Source: Bilabrum cf. latius (lineage: Eukaryota). From it: DNA of 64,000 nt. The stretch covers positions 744,001-808,000 of the forward strand of contig OZ237761.1 of NCBI GenBank assembly GCA_965178125.1, in the 5' to 3' direction. How positions within the stretch are numbered: the stretch's first letter is position 1; the number at the start of each line of letters is the position of its first letter. The notes beneath the pieces were generated by a model. It searched no databases and had not been told where the DNA came from. It saw only the letters and a list, made by a program, of their open reading frames with translations. A program made the translations under genes and the position numbers. Below, in pieces: positions 49,283 to 60,971 of the stretch.

Positions 49283-50518
49283 TCATTTCCTGCTGAAGAA
49301 CTTCATGATGGCCTGCATGCACTCGTCGCTGACCCACCTCTCCTGCAGCAGCTCGCACTCCTCCTTGTTGACCCTCTTGAGATCCTCCGCGCCCATGCCC
49401 TTCCTCACGATCCCCTTGGAGAGCACCATGCTCTGAGGGGGGAGGGCCGCGAGTGCCTTGGCCCTGTTCATGGCCTCCTCCTGCAGGGAGCCGTCCTCAA
49501 ACACGTCCGCCACGAGGCCCCTGTCCCGCGCCTCAGTGGCAGTCAGCTTGCGGCCCATGAGCAGCACCTCGTTGGCAGCCTACGGGCCCATGATCCTGGG
49601 GAACATCACGGAGCTGCACGCCTCCGGGGACTGCCCCAGAGCCGTGAAGGGGGTGTGAAAGGTCGCGCGCTCCGAGGCGTAGGCCACATCGACCAGGCCC
49701 AGGAGGGTCACGGGGATGCCCACCGCCGGGCCGTTGACAGCCGCCACCAGGGGCTTGGGGAAATCAACAAAGGCGTTCACGAAGCGCTCCAGCAGCTCGG
49801 CTGCATCGGCGGCCATCTTCTTGGGTCCCTCCGGCGGCATGTTCTCCGTGAAATTCGAGAGATCGTTCCCGCTCGAGTAGAAATCCCCCGAGCCAGTGAG
49901 GTAGAAGGCCCGCACGGCCTTGTCCTCAGCTGCTGTGGCCAGGGCCTCCTGAAGCTCCTCATACATCTGCAGATTAATCGCATTCTTCTTCTTGGGGCGG
50001 TTCATCGCCACTCGGTACACTCCGTCCTCCACGCTCACGTCCAAGGTCTGATAGCTGCCCGGCTCGGCGGCGGCCGCGGCATCCTCGGCAGAAGCGCTGC
50101 CGCCCCCGAGAACGCCATCGAAATCGTTTGTGCCCAGGATCTCCGCGCATGCATCCACGTACTTTGCTCTGGCTTCTTCTACCGAGACGTCGCCGACACC
50201 GTTCCAAGCATTCCACTTGGCGCGACCCACAAAATCCAGCATGCCTGGCTGCTCTGTATTGCACGGACCCGTGGTACTTGCCTTGAAAAGCCCGTACAAG
50301 CGCAACTTGTCTTCGTTGCTTACTGAATCAAGAGTCTCCAAGGCAGCCTTGGCGCGCTCGAACTCTTCGACCGTTGCAGTCGTTGCAAGGCCACGGACCT
50401 GCAAGACGGCTCGATCGTGACGGATCGCAAGCCTCGAGCGGTTCCAAGACACCGTACTCCGCGAGGCTCTTGCAGCAGTACAAATACGACGGCAATTTGC
50501 AACTACACGGCGCATCAT
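49283..50518 (-). CDS. ECI2: Enoyl-CoA delta isomerase 2 (ACBP + crotonase domains), ~411 aa, Arg-rich mitochondrial-type presequence
   Basis: ACBP domain KLRLYGLFKAST.G....QPGMLDFVGRAKWNAW; crotonase domain [58 protein letters not shown]. TAG at 49580. Ends TGA TGA. Confidence 0.93.
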
Positions 50519-50663
50519 TTCGAACTATCGCTGCAGAGATGGTCGAGGCAGCGGCAGAGAGTTTCGCCGGTCATGTCCATTTTGAAGAACGTTCGGTTTC
50601 GGAGCCAAAACCTTCTCGCCGAACCTCTGGCCGAGGACCACTGTGGCACTGCCCCACGGCACG
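50519..50663. promoter_or_regulatory. Putative bidirectional promoter (ECI2 / C2CD5)
   Basis: 145 bp between divergent ATGs. Confidence 0.5.
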
Positions 50664-53600
50664 ATGTCGACGGTCCTAAAGGTTCATGTCGTGGGGGCTA
50701 AAGGACTTCCAATCATGGACTCTCGTACTGACAGCACCGATGCGTACGTGATCCTGCAAGTGGGGAAATACCATCGCAAAGGGCCCGTTGCTCACCAAAG
50801 TCTGGATCCTGTTTGGAATTTCAGAGCTCGGTTTGAGCTCACAGAAAGCGACATGGCGGCCGCAGAGTCGCTTCGAATTGTTGTTGTCGACGAGGATATC
50901 CTTACGGCAGACGACGAGGTTGGTCACGCGCACGTCGCGCTGCACCCGCTCGTCATGCAGTGCGCTCGGGAGGCCCGCCGGCTGGAGCCAACGTCATCAA
51001 GTTTCGGAACACAGGATGGAGACGAATAGATTAGCATGTTTGCCCCTAGCACCGTGCGAAAGGCCGCTGATACCCTCAAGCAGCTTCGTTGCGAAGGCGA
51101 GCTTGCTCCGAGCGACTAGCAAGGCAGGTGGCCGCGGCCGGCCGGCGCGGGATCATCGCCCGGGACAGTCTCGTCTGCCCCTGCAAAGATAACCAGTGGA
51201 GGAGCTGCCAGTAGATCGAACGACCGCGAGCTGGCGTCTATTTCAGACCTGGGCGACGCCCTGCCCACAGGAAGCGCGCGCGGCTGGCTGCCCCTGTTCG
51301 ACTCGCTGCGGGGCATCTCGGGGCACGTCTTTGTGGACGTGCGGCTGGACTACCACAACGCCAGCATGGGCAGGCACCTAGCTCCTGCTCCTCGCGCACA
51401 AGGGAGCTCCGTAGGTGCGGGTGCGGGTGCGGGTGCGGGTGCGGGTGCGGGTGCGGGTGCGGGTGCGGGTGCGGGTGCGGGTGCGGGTGCGGGTGCGGGT
51501 CGGCAGTTGGTTGGTGGGAGCCAAGGTCCGCAGGATGGGGGAGAGAAGGAGAAGGAGTAGGAGGGGGAGGGGGAGGGGGAGGGCAAGGAGGCAGGGGATC
51601 ATGCGGACCTGTCACTCGTCACACCGCATGGAGTTACCGATGAGGGTGCTGCCTCCGTCCCAGGCGGCCCCGGAAGCAGCGTTGCAGTGGGTCCGAGCGG
51701 GGTCTGGATGCGAGCCGCAGAGGCATCAACAGGGCCAGAGACAGGTACACCCGAAGTGGCAAGGGGCCAGGAGCAGGCCGATGCCCCTGCTGCTGAATAC
51801 AAGGAGGATAGTGCTGCCGCTAGATTGGGCGAGCCGTTGAGAGCAGGTGCCGCCGGGCCTGCACCCCAGCGGGTCCACCCTCCTGCCTCGCTGGCAGCGC
51901 ACTCGCACGACAGCGGGGGCAACGGAAACAGCAACGATGCAGCCAGCGAGCCCCCCCCCGAGAGCAGCCCACTAGTGGCTGTGGGGCCCATGGTTGTGCC
52001 GGACTGTAGCGCAGACGAAGCAGACGGCCCCAGCCAGGATCGGGATCGGGATCAAAGTAACGGTCAGACCAGCGAGAAAGGGGCCGGCAGTGGGAGCGAA
52101 CAGGGCAGTGGGACAGGGACAGGGGCAGGGGCAGGGGCAGAGACGGGCCAGCCCGCTCCACTGCGACTCTCCCCCGCCGTGCTGCTGGCAGCAAGGGGCT
52201 CACAGACCCCCAAACCGCGGCTGGGCAGCCCTCGGGACGGTCTGCAGGCAGCCTCCACCCCGCCCGTGCCGCAGCTGCTGTCGCCCCACCGTATCGGGGC
52301 GACGGACCAGACGGCGGGCATGGAGGGGGTGCAGCCCGCTGCGCTGCCGCCCCCACAGCTGCCCGTGGAGACCTACGTGCCCCCGAGCCTCTCCATCCGC
52401 GGCCCCTCCGCAGCGCCCCCCCTGCCCCTCCTGGACCCGGGGATCAGCATCAAGAAGGACGCGCAGCTCGCGAGGGCGGATGCGCAGGCACAGGCGCGCG
52501 TGGAGCCGGATGCAGTGGCCTTCTTTGCGTCGGGCCGGCTGGACCCCTCGTTGTTCCCTCAGCAGTGGCTGTATGGCTTCGTGGAAGAACTCCTGGTGGA
52601 TGATGACCCGGAGTACGGGCTGGGGGACGCGTTCCGAGCCTCGAGGGCTTCCAATCAGGCGAGGCTGCAGCTGGCGCAGAGCCTTGAGGCTCGCACCCGG
52701 CTGGCACTGGCCCGCAAGGCGGCGGCGCTGGGTGCCAATGCGGTGCTGGGGTACAAGAGCCAGCTCGACGTGGAGGGGGACAGCGGGCTGGTGGCGCGGG
52801 CGACTGGCACAGCTGCGCTCGTGCTGCACAGGGGGGTGCTGGTGGACGAGGCGCTGCGGGCATGGGCGGGCAAGGGCTTGGGCGCAGGCGATGGGGGGAG
52901 AGGGGCAGGCAGGAGGAAGCGCGGGGCCGGCGGAAGGCGGCGGCGAGCCGGGGCTCGAGACTCGAGGGCCACAGTGGGGGACGGCAGCGGCGGGCTTTAT
53001 GCAGTCCCTGGCGCTGGCCAGAGCACCGGTGCGCTGGAGCGGGCTCAATCCGTACGGCAGGCGCTGCATCCATCTAGCTTTTATTCGAGTGTAGGTCTCC
53101 CCCACAGCTCCTCTGTGCACATGGGGGCCCTAAGAAGGGAGCACGCGATGCGGCGCGGGCGGCTCGGGAGCGTGGGAGTCCTCGAGACGGCGGGGACGCG
53201 TGGGGAGGTTGGGGGCCAGAAGCAGGGCGCAGGGGGCAGCACCAGGGGAGGGAGGCTGGCGAGCATAGGGTCCTTGGTCGAGGTGGTGGAGGGCAAGAAG
53301 GAAGAGGATGACGAGGAGTCTGTGGGGTTTGCGGTGGGCGGAGGGAGCAACGCGCGAGAGCATGTGGGACAGACGGGTGGCAGGGAACAACCCTCATCGG
53401 GCCGTGGGGGCATGGTCCGGTCCTCGAGCGCGCGGCCGCTGGCATCCGCGGGGGCAGCGCAGCTCCCGCACCGCTCCCCGTTGCTGGGCCCTGCCCCTCG
53501 CTCCAGGCACGGCTTCGGCTCGGCGCCACAAGTGAGGCCGTCCCTGCCCCCGCTGGCTCTAGGGGGAGCTGCGGGGGAGCACCCCTAGGTGGGGGCAGCC

Positions 53601-56600
53601 CACGCGCATGCACACGTGGGCTACGGGTCCGCGGCGAGCAGTCCGCTTCCGGGCATGTCTATCTCGGCTAGGTCCCCCGCAGCCCCTCCCCTGTCCCCCA
53701 CCCCAGCCCCAACCCCAGCCCCAACCCCAGCCCCAACCCCGCGCATGCGGGACCATGGGTCCTCTCAGGAAGCACTGAGGGGCGCGCTGCAGGGGGCAGC
53801 AGCGAGGGGCCCACGGGGGCGCGTGCGGGCGCGAGCCAGGGAGGCGAGGGGACTGGCGCTGTCGCTGCACCCCGCCCTGGGGCTGGGCGCGATCGCGCAG
53901 GGGCTCGCGTTTCTGGAGGGCTAGAAGGCACTCGGGGATGCGTGTGCGCCCATGGCGGGGTAGCTGGGGGCCTGGCGCGAGGTGGCGGCGCAGATGGCCC
54001 CTCTGGTGCTGCAGCGGGGGGTTGAACTCGGTGCCGCGCACACCAGGCCGAGCGGCGACGGGAGTATAGTGCTTGGGAGAGCGAGCAGCGTCGCATTCGG
54101 GCTGGAGACTTCCGGTGTGGGTGCGTAGCTAGAGCACCACGGGGCTGGGTCGGTACCGGGGCGTGCGAGCCGTGGGACCATGTCGGTGGGCGTGCCCAGT
54201 GGGACTGCATCCCACGGGGATGGACCAGCGGGCCATGGAACCGCAGAGATAGAGAATAATCAGGATGCCCGCCACCGAGGCACAGGCACAGGCACAGGCA
54301 GGGGCTCGAAAAGGCACGGGCGCAAGGGGAGAGAGAGGCGGTTCGATGCCATGGACGGTGGCCTCGGTGGTGAGGACAGGGGCAGCGATCCGGAGTCTAC
54401 CTTTGGGAACAGCATGAGCCTGTCGGGCCTGGGCGCTCTGGGAGCCGCGGAGTATCCAGATCAGGGAGGCAGCGCGGTGGTGGGGGGCAGCAGCAGCGCG
54501 GCGGATGAGTCGTCGATACGATTGTCGTATCGGAGCGGGGACGAAGAAGGGGAGGGGGAGGGGAGTGGGTACAGCGGGGCCAACAGGACACAGATCGGTG
54601 GAACGGGACAGCGCAAGGGGCATGCAGGCAAGGGGCAGGGCAAATCCGGTCAGCCGCACGGGGGCCGTCCCAACTGGCCGGCGAGGCACCTGGACATGAG
54701 CCCACCCGCGTCAGGTCGGTCCAGGACTCTAGGCGGCGGGTCGATCGCGCAGGAGGATAGCAGACCGACGCCCCAGCTGCACCAGCCCCCCTCGCCCATG
54801 CAGCGCTCGCAGACCATGGGGGTGGTGAGCAGCGGGCGGGGGGATCGGTCGCCGGGCGGTCGCAAGGGGAGGAGCGTCAGGTATGCCTCCTCTGTGCTCT
54901 CCCGGTCCCCCACTGCCGGAGTCAAGGGGATGGGCGTGGGGGGTCTGAGCGGGGGCGGGGGTGCGCTGGCGGATGTGCTGGAGGGGGGCGGTTCTCGCCT
55001 GTGGAGGGCGGAGGTGAAGAGGAGGAGGGAATCGGCCCGTCTGACGGCCGCGAGGGTGCTGCTCAGGGGACACGGGCAGGCCACGCGCGCGCACCGCCTG
55101 TCGAGCGGGGCCAGCACGCCCCAGGACGTGGCGCTGCTCACCAGCAAGGAGCTGCCCATGGGCGCGCAGGTGCTGCTCGGTGGCGTGGTGGCCGCCCGCA
55201 GCATCAAGTGCTTGGAGAGGCTGCGGTCGGACAGCCTGGACCGGGAGGCCAGAGACCGCTGGTGGGCCGAGGTGCGGGCGGAGGTGCGGGCGCACGCGCT
55301 GCAGCTGCGGTGCTTCGCCATCGTTGGGTACGAGGAGCGAGCGGTGATCGACGAGGACGTGTGCGTGCTGGCAGCGACTGGCACGGCGGTGCAAGCCCGT
55401 TCCATCAAGAAGGTATTCCAGCTGACAAACAAGGGCAAGGGCCAGGGCCAGAGGTAGAGCTAGTCTATCAGCCGAGGCCCCGTGTCGAGGACCAGATCGG
55501 GCGCTGCCTCTAGAGCCGCCTCGACGCGCGGTGGGTCCATAGCGAGCTCGGGCTCCAAACGAGGGGCCCGTGATGCAGGGCAGGGCGGGGACTAGGACCA
55601 AGCATGGAGCCCGCGCACCCCATACAAGCAAGGAAAGGGGCAGCAGGTCCAGGTCGACAGCAGAGGCAGGACTTCCGGTCTCCCGCCGCGGTCCCCAGCC
55701 CCAGCCCCGGCTGCGGCGCCCCGGTCCCACTCTCCTTCTCTCGCCGGCTCCAACGCCAGCATCGCGCTGAGACGGAGGGAGCGCCCACCCTGCGCCACCG
55801 CGCACGTGCCCTACCTGAGGCGGGGCGGCTGGGGGGCCGCTGCCTTCAACCGCCTGCGGGTGGTCCAGTGCAAGCATTGCGCCTCGGGGTGGGTGCCGGA
55901 GGTCCTGATGGCCACCATGCCCGCCCCCGTGGAGCTCCCAGTGCTCGGCAACCCGGAGCAGATAACCGTGGTGGCTGCCCGGCGGGTGGACCGCACCGGG
56001 GGCGCCGAGGCCAGCTGCGAGCACGTGTCCCGGCACCTCGTCTTCCTCGAGCTAGACGCGCAGAGGCAGCTCCTCACGCAGCTCAGGTGCCTGGGCAGGA
56101 ACGCCGCGTTCGACCTGAGGCACCGCCTGCAGCTCAAGGGGGAGGTCATGGTGCTCGCAGTGACCTGCACTGCAGTGCTGTGCACCGCCATGCCGCTGCC
56201 GCCCACCCCGCTCGTCACCGACACCACGCGGCTGCCGCTGGCCTTGCGCACGCGTGCCGTGGCGCAGGCCGTGCTGGAGCTGGCTGGCCGCAGCCGCGTG
56301 GTCCTGGAGCAGCACGCCCTGCTGACGGCCTGGTGCCGCATCGCCAGACAGGCCAGTGTCGAGTTCGGAGGGGTCCGGCGGCGGGGCCTTGCGCTGGGGT
56401 CCCGGGGGAACGGGACCGTGGGCGGGGGCGGGGGCGGGGACGGGGGACTGATGCCGCTTGAGAAGCTGGCCCAGCTTAGGCTGCTGGCTCTGGCGCTGCA
56501 CGGGGTCAGGTCGGGGCGGCAGGCCAAGAGGGTGCTGCGGGGGCAACCGCTGGAGCTGGTGGAGGAGGCCGTGGAGTGGGCGCGGATGTGGTGGGGCAAG

Positions 56601-59093
56601 TGGGGCGGGTCTGTGCACGTGCCCGCGCGGCTGGGACTCCTCTCTACGGGTGGAGCTGGAAATGGAGTGGGCGCAGCTGGCAGCGGCATGCCAGGAGCGG
56701 GTACGGGGACGGGGGGTGGGGCCGGCAACGCGATCGGGCACAGGGAGTCATCAGGGAGAGGTGCAGTGGCATTCGAGGCTCCCGATGTTCTGCGGGGTAG
56801 CGAGCTTGCGCGGGACGCCGACGCAAAGGAGCTGTGGGAACGGCCGGTCAGAAGGGCAAAGGAGCTGCTGCACGAGCAATAGCAGAAGAGGAGGGAGCGG
56901 CACAGGAGCAGCAGGAAGAGCAGGGACGACCGGCCGGCTCTGACCTCCCTTGCATCGGACCGTGCTCCTTCCCTGTCCTCGTCGTCCTCGAGCGACGGCA
57001 ACGGATCGGGGAACGGATCCTCCTCCTCCTCATCCTCGCACGAAGGTGGGGCCGGCGGTGGCTCGTCCTCTTCCACCTCTGAGGAAGAGGACGGGGCCAT
57101 GGCGGCCGGGGGTCTCGCGCACAGCGGCCAGAAGCACAGGGAACGGCGGGGGGGAAGTGGCCGCAAGCGGTCGGAGGATGTTCCCAAGAGCAGCCGAAGC
57201 GAACCCAGTGTGGGGAGCGGCTCGGGGTCGGCACCCGCGGACGCGGCAGGGACGGCCAGCGTGCCGCCCAGGAACGTCGCAACGACCCCGGGGGGCTCCA
57301 AGCCAGAGTCTCGCGCTGGAGAGTCTTCGAGCACGGATAATTCTGATTCCGGGTCCTCTACCGACTCGGAGGCGGCTGCCACTGCCGAGGAGCGAGCGGC
57401 GGCACGGCAGCGCGTGCTGCAGCAGGCAGCGGCAGCGAGGGCGGCAGCGGCGAGGCAGGCACAGGATGCGGCGGGACACCGACACGCGGAGCTGGATTCC
57501 CTGCGGCTGCAGCTCGCTCGTCACACAGGGGAGGAGGAGGTGCAGGACCGCTTCGATGCCGCGCTGGACGGGCACAGGGGGTATCGGGATGCAGCGACGC
57601 ATTTCGCGGTGGAGGTGGAGGACGAGAAGGACCAGCGGAGCGCACTGTGTCTGCTGCCGAGGCAGGCTCCGCCCGGGATCGTGGTGGTGGGCGGCGACTC
57701 TGTGCCGGGCTGGCTGCACGGCATGCTGGGGCACCAGTCGGCGGTGTTTCTCGAGGACGAGTACGTGAGGCCGCTGAGGACTGCGGGGAAGCTGGCCGCG
57801 CTTAGGGCCAGGGTGGACAAACTGGCGCCCGGGAGCGGGATGTTGCCCTCCGATGCGCGCGCATTGGGCGAGGCAGGAGGTGGGGGTCTGTGGGGCGGGA
57901 TCATGGGGGCGTTCGCGGCGTGTTTCGGCGGGGAAGACGCTGCCTATCCTGACATTGACGTGCTGCAGGGCGAGCGGGACTTGTACCAGGGAGTGCCCTT
58001 GGTGTGGCGGGCCAGCGGGCTGAGCGAGGCTATCGCGGAGGCTCACGGCAGGGCGAGGGCGAGGCTGCTGGGCCAAGCGGCGAAACACGCACCCGCTGCC
58101 CTCCTGCACTATCGCGTGTCCCTCTCGGGCCCGCAGGAGAGCGCCATCCTGGTGCGGGTGCAGGCCGAGCTGGTCAAGCTGAGGGCCTCCCCCACTCTCG
58201 TGCTGCCCCCGCGGTGGGAGCCGTCAATGGGAGGCAGCCCGAGGGGAGGCGATGGGGTCAGCAGCAAGGGGAGTGAAGGCGGGGGTGCAGCGGCGGGCGA
58301 GTAGCAAGAGAATGCAATAACGGAGGGAACAGCTGGAGGAGGGGGAGGGGATGGGTTCGTGGCAGCTCTGGTGAGGGCAGCGGCGATCGAGTCAGAGGGC
58401 GCGCTAGGACCCGTACCAAGCAGGAGTTCCACGCGGCCTGCTGGGCCTGGCCTGCCCCTGCAGGTTGCGCTGGGCCTGCGAGGCGCAGACGCGACTGTCC
58501 TTAGATCCTCCATGGCTCGATTCAAGGAGGTGCTGCATGGCCACTTCGCCCCCATCGTGAGGATGGCCGTGCCCAGGCAGCTCCGGGGCCTGCTCCCTAC
58601 CCGCCGCGGGAAGGGTGTGACGAGTGATCGGGGGACGGACGTTGGGGTCAATGCTCCTGGTAGCGCGCTGGTGGTACCGGTGGGGGGCAGCCCTGCGCTG
58701 TCCCCACTGATGACCCCGTCGGTGGGGGGGGTTGGGCCGGGGGAGTCTGCGGTGGTGGAGGACGTGGCGGTTGCAACCGGGTCCACGTGTCCAGGGCACA
58801 GGGTGCTGTCGTACAGGGGCCACCTGGCCCTGCAGTTCATCCGTGAGAGCGAGAGCCTGGCGGCGGACGGCGGGTTTGACCGCTTCAACGGGAGGCTTCG
58901 GGAGGTGGCCATGATGGTCAGCAGGGCACATGCGAGGGCGCTAGGGGGCAACGGGGTCGTCTGCTGGGAGATGCAGGTGCACTCCTTGGTCGCAAACCGG
59001 CGCAGGGGCAACGCGTACGTGATGTTCACCATCCACGGGGACGTGGTGCTGCTCGAGGCGCAGGAGGAGCAGGACGGCTGGGAGCAGCCGTGA
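50664..59093 (+). CDS. C2CD5: C2 domain-containing protein 5 (C2 + YbjQ-like domains), ~2800 aa
   Basis: MSTVLKVHVVGAKGLPIMDSRTDSTDAYV...GWLPLFDSLRGISG; GFVEELLVDDDPEY...FRASRASNQAR; LGGVVAARSIK...RDRWWAEVRAEVRAHA; CATAHVPY...CKHC...VPEVLM; C-terminal YRGHLALQFIRES...RAHARALGGNGVV. 12 in-frame TAGs. Ends TGA. Confidence 0.9.
51414..51500 (+). repeat. Coding hexanucleotide microsatellite (GGTGCG)~14 encoding (GA)n
   Basis: Perfect tandem array inside C2CD5. Confidence 0.95.
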
Positions 59094-59340
59094 GGCCGGG
59101 CGTGCTTCAGTTGCCAGCGGCGCACGGCGTGCCAAGATTCCATGCTACGCTCGATTCTGATGCAAGCTGTGTTGCACCGCCTGTCCCATCCCCACTGGCG
59201 AAACCGCGGGGCCCAGCTAGAGCGGAACCAACATCCGCTGACGGTGGGGCCCCAGGCCGGCCGCCGCCGGGTGCAACCAACTGCAACTGCGGAGGATCGC
59301 GCGGTCAGCAACACTAGCCTTGGCGGACATATAGGTGCGA

Positions 59341-60861
59341 ATGCGACAGGCTTCTGTATTGATTGGGCTAGTAGCCGCTGCGGTGACCGCAAAAGAATGC
59401 TCAATTGCTGAGTTTGGTGCAGTTGGAGATAATGTAACAGTAAATACGCAGGCGATCTAGTCCGCTATCGATGACCCCTCTTGCGACACCGTTGTAGTTC
59501 CAAGTTCAGAAGCGTCTCAACATGGGGGTGTATTTCTGTCTGGGGCGCTATGGCTTCGTGCTCAGTCTCATTTGCGCGTACAGCAGGGGGCCGTCTTGCA
59601 AGCGATGGCACCCCAGTTCCAGCCTTCGGCCCGGTTCCCGAACGGATCGTGGTCGCAGTTCCCGCCGCGATACACGCGAACAGCATCGTACGGTATGGTC
59701 CACTCTTCCCTGCTAAATTCTGGTCGCTGCGTACGGATGCGCGACGGCTACGACCGCTGGGCGCAGACGGCCAGGGACGCGTGCGCCGAGTGGGAAAAGG
59801 CGCCCGGGATCAAGATCGACGGCGGTGGGGTGATCGATGGCGGAGGCTGGAACTGGTGGAGCCAGTGCCCTCCCATCCGCGCCCCGCCTGAGTGCGCCCG
59901 CCCGCAGACGCTCGACCTCGCGTTCGCCGACGGGCTGCATGTGACGGGTGTGACGGTGCAGAACTCGCCCTCGTGGACCATCCATGTGCTGGAGAGCTCA
60001 AGCGTGGAGTTCCACAACATCACGGTCCTATCCCCGCCCTGGCCGCACTCGAGGAACACCGACGGGATCGACCTCGACTCAGTGCGCGGCGCCGCGGTGA
60101 CCCGGTCCAGGTTTCGCAACGGGGACGACGGAATCGCGCTGTGGGCTGGGGCGGGGCCGGCCAGCTGGGTGCCATCGCCCCCCCTGCCTGCCCCGGGCCC
60201 CACGCGGGACGTGCTGGTGGAGGACTGCATGTTTGAGAACTCGCATGGCCTAACGGTGACGGAATTCCTGGCAGGTGGGGTCAGCAACGTGACCTTCCGC
60301 AGGATCAAAATGGTGAACCCGCTGGCGGGGCCTCACATCAAGGCGAAGAGAGGGATCGGGGGCGGCGTGCAGGGGGTGCTCTTCGAGGACATCGAGATCC
60401 TCGGGACCCAGCGGCACAGCGAGACCAGGGGGTGGAACGGGAGCGGGTTCGCCCTAGTGATCGACATGTACACGGACTGCAGCGGGGCCCCGGGGGGAGG
60501 GGGGTGCCCTTCTTTGCCTGTGAATGCATCGCTAAGGCCCAAGGTGGAGGGGGTGACTGTGAGGAACGTGACGTGCCGCGCCCCCGGCTGCTGGGGCGCG
60601 GCTCAGCTGCTGGGGCTGCCAGAGAGCCCGATCCGAGGGCTCCGGCTGGATGGGGTGGATCTGAACCTGGGCGACCCGCAGTGTCCAGGCCTGAATGCAG
60701 CCCACGGAGCAGGGCTATAGGATGCTTCCCAATCGGGCTCCAGGTGCTTTTAGTGCGCCTTTTTGCATTCGGTCCAAGTGGGCCCGGGCGGAGCGGTACC
60801 AAGGGCAGGCAGCGCCACAGGATGCCAAGGTATATTTGATGCATGGGTGGCTGCAACATGA
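59341..60861 (+). CDS. Secreted glycoside hydrolase family 28 (polygalacturonase-like), ~506 aa
   Basis: Signal peptide MRQASVLIGLVAAAVTA; SIAEFGAVGDNVTVNTQAI*SAIDD; FLSGALWL; GGGVIDGGGWNWW; NSPSWTIH; NTDGID; GDDGIA; SHG; HIK. TAG at 59458, 60718 and 60751. Ends TGA. Confidence 0.9.
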
Positions 60862-60971
60862 CACAAAAAAAAGCAATCGAATTCATTTGCCCAGCAGGCT
60901 CTGCATGCCAGCCGAGAGGCATGCCGGCTGCAGCGCCACCACACTGCAGTAGTGGACGAAGGTGCCCGAGC

